Below are positions 53,574 to 64,000 of a stretch of 64,000 nt of DNA, in pieces. Both the position numbers and the translations under genes were made by a program. The DNA lies in assembly GCF_006345805.1 (NCBI RefSeq), contig NC_042998.1:24676001-24740000 (forward strand), written 5' to 3'. This DNA is from Octopus sinensis. Lineage: Eukaryota. Within the stretch, counting starts at the first letter, position 1, and each line of letters begins with the position of its first letter. The notes below the pieces were generated by a model. The model did no database searches. It was not told the DNA's origin and saw only the letters and a list, made by a program, of their open reading frames with translations.

Positions 53574-54324
53574 ACACAGAAAAGAAATAATGAGAGAAAC
53601 AAGGAGAGAAAAAAATGCGTGTAGGAGCTAACAATCTATCATAATATATATATCCAACCCATGCTAGCATAGAAAATGAACGTTAAAGGATGATGATATA
53701 TATACACATACACAAATACATTAATACATACATGCATATAGACACACACATATACACACACGTACACACACACAACACATACATAAATAAATGCGCACTC
53801 ACATGTACAACATACACACAATACACACACTCACCCACAATATCTGCATATGGATTGATGGGTGTATATGTGTGTAAATCTAATCTGTACCTAGAATCTA
53901 TTTTGCTGCGAAAATGAAACTGAAGCCACCACTCGAATTCTTATAGTTATTTAAAACAGTTCCAACTGAACATTGTGTTTCCTTTATAATTAATCATCTC
54001 AAAATGTAGACACCTTGAGATTTATTTGGTAGAATTTGATTTCAAAGCAGAAGTTCTTTTTCTCAAGTCAGCTATAAATAAATATCTAAGTGGTTCTCCT
54101 GTAAGTAATAAGAATACTGTTCCCACTTGAAACATAAGCTAAAACAAAAGTTATAATACCTAAATATTATAATACCTTAATTAATTTAACTTAACTTTCT
54201 ACTTTTAAACAATGAGCCAATGAGGGTGCTCCTATATAGTCGTTTGACTTGCTAGATATGGCAACCAAATCTGTTTTAAATTACACCCTTATATATTAGT
54301 AAAGGCATTGAAGAGTTTTTTTTT

Positions 54325-54378
54325 ATTATTTTATCTAGTTTCAGCTCACGAGCTGTGGCCATGCTGGGGCACCGCCAT
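54325..54378 (-). mobile_element. Retroposon 3' tail fused downstream of the tRNA pseudogene
   Basis: Minus strand 'ggcggtgccccagcatggccacagctcgtgagctgaaactagataaaa', similar to the CORE-SINE tail. Confidence 0.75.
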
Positions 54379-54392
54379 TAAAAATTATCACA

Positions 54393-54461
54393 TGGCAGCG
54401 GTGGGATTCGAACCCACGCCTCCGAAGAGACTGAGGCCTTAAACCGCTCGGCCACGCTACC
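54393..54461 (-). pseudogene. tRNA-Leu (probably AAG) pseudogene with a 13-nt deletion in the anticodon arm
   Basis: Minus strand GGTAGCGTGGCCGAGCGGT-TTAAGGCCTCAGTCTCTTCGGAGGCGTGGGTTCGAATCCCACCGCTGCCA: 69 nt versus the 82-nt metazoan tRNA-Leu. Confidence 0.85.
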
Positions 54462-54516
54462 AGACCAATTATCTGTTTTTTTGTCTTTGATTGCATTGTT
54501 TATATATTAGTGTATT

Positions 54517-54838
54517 CAGTGGCAGACTGAGCCAGGTTGCCAGCTTGCCCAATGGTTAGTGGACCCCTGTGCCATTAGAGTCCATATATGGGGGCCCATG
54601 TTAGTATCTAAGGGGCCCATTCCCTCAAGTCGGAGAATTTTTTATTCACTCCTGGAAGAATGCATTAATTATTTCAGCCTGGCTGTGTTTATAGACAGTT
54701 GAAAAGAACACTTTTAACAAAAAAAAAACAAAAAAAATTAAATGATAGCATTGTAGTTGCAGGTGGACCCCCTTGTAGTTGTGGGTGGGTCCTCTTAGTC
54801 TCCTGGCAATCAATATTTTTAGACCCAATCTGCCACTG
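54517..54838. mobile_element. hAT-type MITE
   Basis: TIRs cagtggcagactg / caatctgccactg; 8-bp TSD agtgtatt / ggtgtatt. Confidence 0.8.
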
Positions 54839-54955
54839 GGTGTATTCATATACAAAACATTGTAACTTTCAGCGCCAGCTCTAAATTCTACAGAAAATCT
54901 GTAGAGACAAACTTAAAAACATAGGATTATGTGATTCGGTCCCTGTATATTAAAA

Positions 54956-55335
54956 TCATCATCATCATCATCGTCGTTTAGTGTCCACTTTCCATGCTAG
55001 CATGGGTTGGACGGTTCTACTGGGGTCTGTGAAGCCAGAAGGCTTCATCAGGCCCAGTCAAATCTGGCAGTGTTTCTACGGCTGGATGCCCTTCCTAACG
55101 CCAACCACTCCGTGAGTGTAGTGGGTGCTTTTTACGTGCCACCTGCACAGGTGCCAGACAGAGCTGGCAAACGGCCACGAACGGATGGTGCTTTTTATGT
55201 GCCACCGGCACGAGGGCCAGGCGAGGCTGGCAACGGACACGAAACGGGGCGGTGCTGGCAACGGTCGCGAAACGGAAGGTTCTCTTACATGCCACCAGCA
55301 CTGGTAACACATCTGCAATTTCCATTGATCGATTT
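54956..55335 (-). mobile_element. RTE 3' UTR/tail fragment
   Basis: (CAT)n followed by the conserved RTE 3' end. Confidence 0.8.
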
Positions 55336-55814
55336 CGATGACAGAATAATCATAACTAGAATGCTTTCGATTATTGGTCCAGTAAGAGCTAACCTTGGGT
55401 TAAACAAGGAACTTTGAATCTTATTTATTATATAAAGTAATGTGTGATGTAATGGTACTAAACTATGACACAAAGATTAAAACCTTATCTTCGCTGTTGC
55501 ATTCCGTCTTAGAAACACTGGCAGAAGAAATATGTGTTGAACATTGGTTTATTTTACAGTTGCAACAAGTTTATTATCTAGAATGAATAAATAATGAGCA
55601 GCTAATTTCAAGAGTGCAGGCTTTCTCAGCTGATAACAGCTTGCATTCAGTAGCAGGCTTGGCTGTGTGGTTAAGAAGTCTACTTCCCAACTACATGGTC
55701 TCAGGTTCAGTCCTACAGAACATTCAGAACCTTGGGTGAGAGTTTTTTATACAATAGCCTCAGGTGAAACAATGATGTTTTTTTAGTGGAATTTGTTGAA
55801 AGTGTATGTGTGTA

Positions 55815-55852
<38 letters not shown>

Positions 55853-55961
55853 GATTATCCATGGGGTCAACTGTGAGTAACTGAGTAAAACAGTGGTGTG
55901 ATGCTTATATTCATTGCTGATATTATAAAGTGGATGCTTAGCATTTTCAAAGATCGGTAAA

Positions 55962-56310
55962 ATGGCATAGTGGTTAAGAGCACGGGCTACTAACCCCAAG
56001 ATTCCGAGTTTGATTCCAGGCAGTCACCTGAATAATAATAATAATGATAATAATAATAATAATAATAATAGTAATAATAATACTAATAATAATAATAGTA
56101 ATAATAATAATAATAATAATAATGATAATAATAATAATAATAATAACAACAACAACATCGAAAAATACCTTAGGAATGAGAACCCAGGTTCAAAATTTCC
56201 CCAAGACACCTGATGAAGGCTGGAGGGTATAACAGCCAAAATTTTGTGTTGACAACAAACATGATGAGGACAAATATCCGTCAAATATAAATAATGTAAG
56301 TAATGTAAAT
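55962..56310 (+). mobile_element. tRNA-like head/(AAT)n/hammerhead element; its tail resumes at 59136-59163
   Basis: A-box 'tggcatagtgg', B-box-like 'gagtttgattcc', (AAT)n, and gacac-CTGATGA-a-ggctg..cagcc-aaaa-tttt-gtgtt at 56205-56250. Confidence 0.8.
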
Positions 56311-59135
56311 CATCATCATCATCATCATCATTTAGCGTCCGTTTTCCATGCTAGCATGGGTTGGACGGTTCAACTGGGGTCTGGGGAGCCCGAAGGCTGC
56401 ACCAGGCCAGTCAGATCTGGCAGTGTTTCTACAGCTGGATGCCCTTCCTAACGCCAACCACTCCGAGAGTGTAGTGGGTGATTTTATGTGCCACCGACAC
56501 AGGTGCCAGACGAGGCTGGCGAACGGCCACGCTCGGATGGTGTTTTTATGTGCCACCGACACAGGTGCCAGACGAGGCTGGCAGACGGCCACGCTCGGAT
56601 GGTGTTTTTATGTGCCACCGACACAGGTGCCAGATGAGGCTGGCGGACGGCCACGATCGGATGGTGTTTGTTACGTCCCCAAAGCATGGAGGCCAGTCTA
56701 TGCGGTACTGGCTACGGCCACGTTCGGATGATTTTCTTGTGTGCCACCGGCACTGGTACCACAAAGATACAAATTCCATTTATGTTCATCTATTTTGATT
56801 TGTTTTGATTTGATTTGATTTTCACTTGCCTCAACAGGTCTTCACAAGTGTCACAAGAAGGAAGGTATGCACAGGTGGACTGACTACGTCCCAGGTAGGG
56901 GCCACGGGTTATGGCCAGACTAGTCTTGCCGGGTCTTCGGATGGTGTTTTTATGTGCCACCGACACAGGTGCCAGATGAGGCTGGCGAACGGCCACAATC
57001 GGATGGTGTTTGTTGCGTGCCCACAGCACGGAGGCCAGTCGATGCGGTACTGGCTACGGCCACGTTCGGATGGTTTTCTTGTGTGCCACCGGCACTGGTA
57101 CCACAAAGATACAAATTCCATTGATGTTCATCTATTTTGATTTGATTTGATTTGATTTGATTTTCACTTGCCTCAACAGGTCTTCACAAGTGTCACAAGA
57201 AGGAAGGAAGGTATGCACAGGTGGACTGACTACGTCCCAAGTAGGGGCCACGGGTTATGGCCTGACTAGTCTTGCCGGGTCTTCGGTTGGTGTTTTTATG
57301 TGCCACCGACACAGGTGCCAGATGAGGCTGGCGGACGGCCACGATCGGATGGTGTTTGTTATGTGCCACATCACAGAGGCCAGTCGATGCGGTACTGGCT
57401 ACGGCCACGTTCGGATGGTTTTCTTGTGTGCCACCGGTACTGGTACCACAAAGATACAAATTCCATTGATGTTCATCTATTTTGATTTGGTTTGATTTGA
57501 TTGATTTGATTTGATTTTCACTTGCCTCAACAGGTCTACACAAGTGTCACACACTTGCCTCAACAGGTCTTCACAAGTGTCATAAGTAGGAAGGTATGCA
57601 CAGGTGGACTGACTACGTCGCCGGGTCTTCGGATGGTGTTTTTATGTGCCACCGACACAGGTGCCAGATGTGGCTGGCGAACGGCCACGATCGGATGGTT
57701 TTCTTGTGTGCCACCGGTACTGGAACCACAAAGATACAAATTCCATTGATGTTCATCTATTTTGATTTGGTTTGATTTGATTTTCACTTGCCTCAACAGG
57801 TCTTCACAAGTGTCACACGTGTCACACACTTGCCTCAACAGGTCTCCACAAGTGTCACACACTTGCCTCTGCCTCAACAGGTCTTCACAAAGTGTCACAC
57901 ACTTGCCTCTGCCTCAACAGGTCTTCACAAGTGTCATAAGAGGGAAGGTATGCACAGGTGGACTGACTACGTCGCCGGGTCTTCGGATGGTGTTTTTATG
58001 TGCCACCGACACAGGTGCCAGATGAGGCTGGCGAACGGCCACGATCAGATGGTGTTTGTTGTGCCCACAGCACGGAGGCCAGTCGATGCGGTACTGGCTA
58101 CGGCCACGTTCGGATGGTTTTCTTGTGTGCCACCGGTACTGGAACCACAAAGATACAAATTCCATTGATGTTCATCTATTTTGATTTGGTTTGATTTTCA
58201 CTTGCCTCAACAGGTCTTCACAAGGGTCACACACTTGCCTCAACAGGTCTCCACAAGTGTCACACACTTGCCTCTGCCTCAACAGGTCTTCACAAGTGTC
58301 ACACACTTGCCTCAACAGGTCTTCACAAGTGTCATAAGAGGGAAGGTATGCACAGGTGGACTGACTACGTCGCCGGGTCTTCGGATGGTGTCTTTATGTG
58401 CCACCGGCACAGGTGCCAGATGAGGCTGGCGAACGGCCATGATCGGATGGTGTTTGTTGTGCCCACAGCACGGAGGCCAGTCGATGCGGTACTGGCTACG
58501 GCCACGTTTGGGTGGTTTTCTTGTGTGCCACCGGCACTGGTACCACAAAGAATACAATTCCACTGATGTTCATCTATTTTGATTTGTTTTGATTTGATTT
58601 GATTTTCACTTGCCTCAACAGGTCTTCATAAGTGTCACAAGAAGGAAGGTATGCACAGGACTGACTACGTCCCAGGTAGGGGCCACGGGTTATGGCCTGA
58701 CTAGTCTTGCCGGGTCTTCTCACGCACAGCATACTTCCATAGGTCTCGGTCTCTAGACATTTCCTTAGTGAGACCTAAAGTTCGAAGGTCATGCTTCACC
58801 ACCTCGTCCCAGGTTTTCCTGGGTCTACCTCTTCCACAGGTTCCCTCAACTGCTAGGGTGTAGCACTTTTGCACACAACTATCTTCAGCCTTTCTCGTCA
58901 CATGACCATACCAGCGCAGCCGTCTCTCTTGCACGCCACAACTGACGCTTCTTAGGTTCAACTTTTCTCTCAAGGAACTTACACTCTGACGATTATGAAC
59001 ACTGACATTACACATCCATCGGAGCATACTGGCTTCATTTCTTGCGAGCTTACGCATATCCTCAGCAGTCACGGCCCATGTTTCACTACCATGTAGCATG
59101 GCTGTACGTACACATGCATCATACAGTCTGCCTTT
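56311..59135 (-). mobile_element. 5'-truncated RTE LINE with a greatly expanded 3' UTR tandem array
   Basis: ORF end at 58701-59135 (KGRLYDACVRTAMLHGSETW..GRGRPRKTWDEVVKHDL..KTRQD*); repeats at 56480-58700; (GAT)n tail. Confidence 0.9.
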
Positions 59136-59399
59136 TTCCTCATCTCTTAAATATAGAACTGTATTATCAGTAAAATAGGAAAAAAAAAAGATCATGTATT
59201 TGAAGAATAACAGTAGGTAACTAGAATAGCATCCACCAATATTTTCTGCCCCAAACAACTCTCAATACCACCCTATATTAGCAAAATCATCGTTAAATGA
59301 ATAAACAAAAGATTAATTATTGCTAAACTTATTTTGAAGAGGACAAATATCAAATATGCCACTGACTACTCTTTTGGGCCACAAAAATTCATGCTACAG

Positions 59400-60042
59400 A
59401 GCCTTGTCATGTATGAAGAGTTTTGTACCTTTCTTCTTTGGACCCTAAACTCTGCTTGCGAAGACCTGTTGGGGCAAGTGAAATTGAAATTGAACCAAAT
59501 TCGATGACTGGCACCCATGCCAGCCTTCCTTCATTGGACACTAACTCTGCTTGTGAAGACCTGTTGGGGCAAGTGAAATCGAAATTGAATCAAATTTGAT
59601 GACTCACACCTGTGCCAGTGGAGCGCTAACGGGATTACTGCCAGAGCAGCTGTCTGATTTCCATGCCAGTGGCAAGTAAAAAGCGTCATTTGAGCGTGAT
59701 CGTTACCAGCGTCGCCTTACTGGCATGTGAAAAACAACATTTGAGCGAGATCATTGCCTGTGTCACTGGACTGACTCCTGTGCAGGTGGCATGTAAAAAA
59801 ACACCATTTGAGCATGACCGTTGCCAGTACCGCCAGACTGGCCCTTGTGCTGGTGGCACGTAAAAGCACCCACTACACTCTCAGAGTGGTTGGCGTCAGG
59901 AAGGGCATCCCACTGTAGAAACTCTGCCTAGTCAGATTGGAGCCTGGTACAGCCATCTGTTTCGCCAGTCCTCAGTCAAATCGTCCAACCCATGCTACCA
60001 TGGAAAGCAGACGTTAAATGATGATGATGATGATGATGATGA
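59400..60042 (+). mobile_element. RTE 3' UTR/tail fragment
   Basis: Internal ~95-bp duplication, conserved tail and (GAT)n. Confidence 0.75.
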
Positions 60043-60435
60043 TACATTTTCTATGCTAATAAGGATCTTGCAGAAAATAGTATCAGAATTAGTAGAGCTA
60101 CTGACCATACCATGGAAAAAGAGCAATGGCAAAATTGACTGATGAGTGTTGCGTGAGTGTTCAGTATATAAATTGTGGACAACTGTTTGTAGGAACTGTT
60201 GTAGATATTGAAGAAGAGATAGTGTACCTCTGAGCAAGATAAATAATTTCTTTAATACAGTTTAGCTCACTGACAAAATTAGGTTCTGCTGCTGTTTTAC
60301 AATTGAGTTGTTTCCATTGGAAGGACAAGCAACCAATAAGAAAAGCAATTACTTTCACTGATAAGAAAATAATTAAGAAACAAACCCCCCAAAACATCAT
60401 GCCCATGCTAGTATGATTAAATATTAATTTAAAAA

Positions 60436-61040
60436 AGGTGGCGAGCTGGCAGAAATGTTAGCACGCTGAAGGAAATACTTAGCGGTATTTCATCTGTCTT
60501 TATGTTCTGAGTTCAAATTCCACCGAGGTCGACTTTGTCTTTCATCATTTCCGTGTCGATAAATTAAGTACCAGTTGTGTACTGGGGTCGATCTAATCGA
60601 CTGGCCCCCTCCCCCCAAATTTCGGGCCTTGTGCCTAGAGTAGAAAAGAATATATAAGGTGGCAATCTGGCAGAAATGTTAGCATGCTGAAGGGAATGCC
60701 TAGCGGTATTTTCTGTCTTTACGTTCTGAGTTCAAATTCCACCGAGGTCGACTTTGCCTTTCATCTTTTCAGGGTCGATAAATTAAGTACCAGTTGTGTG
60801 CTGTAGTTGATCTAATAGACTGGCCCCTCCCCCCAAATTTCGGGCCTTGTACCTAGAGTAGAAAAGAATATATAAGGTGGCAATCTGGCAGAAATGTTAT
60901 GAGTTTAAATTCCACCGAGGTCGACTTTGCCTTTCATCTTTTCAGAGTCGATAAATTAAGTACCAGTTGTGTGCTGTAGTTGATCTAATAGACTGGCCCC
61001 TCCCCCAAAATTTCGGGCCTTGTGCCTAGAGTGGAAAAGA
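60436..61040 (+). mobile_element. Three tandem Meta-domain SINE monomers
   Basis: Unit of about 220 bp repeated head to tail; the third is internally deleted. Confidence 0.85.
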
Positions 61041-61574
61041 ATATTAATTTACAATAACAAAAATAGAAGAAAAGGGTTTCTATCTAAATTAACTTGACCA
61101 TTAATTTTCATCATATGTACTTCAGAAGAAGAGGATTTAACAGCCAGTGTCATTAGTGGCGGTGATGACAGCAGTGGTAGAGCTGGTGATGGTGGTGGTA
61201 GTGGTAGTGGTGGTGATGGTGGCAGTGGGGGGAATCAGTATTTTAATATCCACTTTTTCCTGCTTGCACGGATCAGATGGAATTCGCTGAGACAGAGGGC
61301 CTTCCTGTCACGAATCCTCACCTGTTCCCAAGCAAATAAGTAATCTTTGCTTGAAACAATGAATCACCTGGACCAATGTAGGTAAGCAGTGAACTGAAAG
61401 CTGTTTACAAAGAGTCTTTTGCTTTCCAAAGCTCATACAACATGTGAAGCCTGCCCGTGTGTTCATAGTTGACTGCAAGTAAAGGATTCTACCTGTATTG
61501 GCAGTGAGACAGCTGTTTCTAGTGAGCAAACACACGTGGAGCTGAGGGGGATTATATTGTCACTCACATTCAGG

Positions 61575-61893
61575 CACACACACACATACACATACAAACA
61601 CACACACACACACACAAAGCACACACACACATGAAACACACACACACAAAACACATACACACACAAAACACACTCACACACAAAACACACTCACACACAA
61701 AACACACACACACACATGAAACACACACACACACACAAACATGCACATGCAAAACGCATACACACACAAAGCTCACACGCAAAAAACATACACACACACA
61801 AACAAAACATACACACACACACAAAGCTCACACACACACACACAAAACATACACACACACACACACGAAACACACATATACACACACACACAC
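61575..61893. repeat. Degenerate (CA)n tract
   Basis: Direct observation. Confidence 0.95.
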
Positions 61894-62236
61894 TTTTCAC
61901 CATGAAAGGAATATTGTTATTGATGGCCGTCCTTTCACATGGAATTTCGCCCTTCTTTAAACCATAACCCTGAAGTGACTTATATATAAGGGAACTGTTA
62001 TTGCATATGTATATCAGAAAATGTATATAAGTCGAAACAATTTGTTGGCCTTTTATGGGGTTTTTTAATAATTGTTTATGTTATATTATATTCATGGCCT
62101 GCTCGCTTAGCCAGCGGGGTGGCATCATTTGAAGGCTAAAACGATGCGAAGCGCATTGTGACCAGCGATGTGTAGCAACATCTGATAGCCTGGTTGGTCA
62201 CGGTGATCATGGTGATATTATATTCATAGTATATCA

Positions 62237-63395
62237 TACTCTTTACTCTTTTTACTCTTTTACTTGTTTCAGCCATTTGACTGTGGCCATACTGGAGCAC
62301 CACTTTTAGTTGAACAAATCGACCCCAGGACTTATTCTTTGTAAGCATAGTACTTATTCTATTGGTCACTTTTTGCTGAACCGCTAAGTTACGGGGACGT
62401 AAACACACCACTATTGGTTGTCAAGCGATGTTGGGGATACAAACACAGGCACACAAACACATGCACACAAACACAAACACATATCTATAAAATAATATGT
62501 TACAATTACTCAATAGTCAAGATAAAACTCTGAGTTTCAGATGTCAAAGAGATGGTGCTGTGGATTTCCACTTCGGCATCTGAAACTCAGAGTTTTATCT
62601 TGACTATTGAGTAATTGTAACATATTATTTTATAGATAAATTTCCTCTATTTACATAATACTGAGGTCTCTTTCTTTCTTTTGTTATCTTACTGTTTTTA
62701 CCAATATATATATTTATATGTATATATATATATACATACATATATTTATATGATGGGCTTCTTTCAGTTTCCATCTACCAAATCCACTCACAAGGCTTTG
62801 GTCAGCCCAAGGCTATAGTAGAAGACACTTGCCCAAGGTGCCATGCAGTGGGACTAAACCCGGAACCATATGGTTGGTAAGCAAGCTACTTACCACACAG
62901 CCTCTCCTAATTATAATATAAATAAATAATTGGGTTGCCAATAGTATCACTCAATTTAATTTATCTTTGTAATTACATAATACCCATATTGTATGTATAT
63001 GTATGTATATAGGCGCATGTGTGGCTGTGTGGTAAGTAGCTTGCTAACCAACCACATGGTGTCGGGTTCAGTCCCACTGCGTGGCATCTTGGGCAAGTGT
63101 CTTCTGCTATAGCCCCGGGCCGACCAATGCCTTGTGAGTTTATTTGGTAGGCGGAAACTGAAAGAAGCTTGTCGTATGTATATGTGTGTGTGTGTGTGTT
63201 TGTGTGTCTGTGTTTGTCCGCCCAACATCGCTTGACAACCGATGCTGGTGTGTTTACGTCCCCGTCACTTAGCGACGGATAGAATAAGTACTGGGCTTAC
63301 AAAAGAATAAGTCCCGGGGTCGATTTGCTCGACTAAAGGCAGTGATCCAGCATGGCCACAGTCAAATCACTGAAACAAGTAAAAGAGTAAAGAGT
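62237..63395. mobile_element. Head-to-head CORE-type SINE pair; the minus copy contains a palindromic insert
   Basis: Minus copy 62237-62910 and plus copy 63010-63395. Confidence 0.85.
62483..62637. repeat. Perfect 61-bp inverted repeat with 33-nt loop (PLE-type 5' inversion)
   Basis: 62483-62543 is the exact reverse complement of 62577-62637. Confidence 0.9.
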
Positions 63396-63769
63396 ATATT
63401 TATATGGTATCCAACTGATGTACCAGTGAAATGGATGTTTAACACACCCCTTTGAAGGATCTCTTTTCCTTCAGTTTGTTACTAAATATATAATTATATA
63501 TGTGTGTGTTAAGTGCTTGTGTGTATGTGTATGAGCATGTTATATGTCTGTGCCTGTGTATGTTTGTGTGTGTGTGTGTGTATTTTGGCAGCAATGCATT
63601 ACTAAAAGGACTGCATTACATAGAAGTATTAGTATGACAAAAGGAGAAAGTATTTTGTTGTGTCTCTGAGAAGGATATTAAATTCTACATGCTCCAAGTC
63701 ACATATCTGTTGACAATAGCTAATAAATAAATCTACTGTTGACACACACACACACACACATATATGTAA

Positions 63770-63800
<31 letters not shown>

Positions 63801-63802
63801 TG

Positions 63803-63833
<31 letters not shown>

Positions 63834-64000
63834 GTATGTATGTATGTATGTACGTACGTATGTATGTATGTATATGTATGTATGTATATGTATGTATGCA
63901 TGTATGTCTGTATGTGTGTATGTGTGTATATATATATATATATATATCTGTGTGTATGCATATATCTATGTATATATGTATGTATATATGTATATATATA

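Noticed and set aside
54393-54461. Functional tRNA-Leu gene
   Set aside because: The anticodon stem is destroyed by a 13-nt deletion, so it is annotated as a pseudogene.
56480-58700. CRISPR-like appearance of regularly spaced repeats
   Set aside because: The intervening sequences are themselves repeated rather than unique spacers; the array lies in a eukaryotic LINE 3' UTR and there are no cas genes.
58701-59258. 185-aa ORF as a novel gene
   Set aside because: The C-terminal part is the RTE ORF end, and the N-terminal part is chance read-through across the truncation junction.
1048-63961. Most ORFs in the supplied track (poly-M/I/S/R/E, YI- or HT-rich, and 'AEDTCPRCHAVGLNPEP' or 'RNWYLIYRP' types)
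   Set aside because: They are translations of microsatellites or non-coding SINE consensus sequence and recur at every copy.

Overview
This is AT-rich, repeat-dense eukaryotic DNA. The SINE/LINE families look like those of octopus (cephalopod mollusc); that assignment is from recognition and was not checked by a search. Almost all listed ORFs are artefacts of microsatellites or SINEs. Supported content: (i) dozens of tRNA-derived SINEs from at least three families, often multimeric or in inverted pairs; (ii) 5'-truncated LINEs, namely two RTE-clade copies with (GAT)n tails plus many tail fragments, a Dong/R4-like RLE element sitting in a (TAA)n tract, and a CR1-like fragment; (iii) decayed Penelope-like element (PLE) RT and GIY-YIG remnants; (iv) piggyBac-, hAT- and Tc1-type MITEs and a Helitron-like element; (v) a tRNA-Leu pseudogene fused to a retroposon tail; (vi) a chain of six small phase-compatible exons (3437-48692, + strand) that probably belong to an unidentified host gene with large introns. 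The most interesting signal is a set of non-coding elements carrying minimal type-I hammerhead-ribozyme-like motifs with palindromic stem III. One family has a tRNA-like Pol III head, an (AAT)n tract, a hammerhead and a tail, and it inserts as head-to-head inversions. Another carries a non-canonical CUGU(U/G)GA core. A third is a 563-bp unit whose fold-back breakpoint lies at the ribozyme site.
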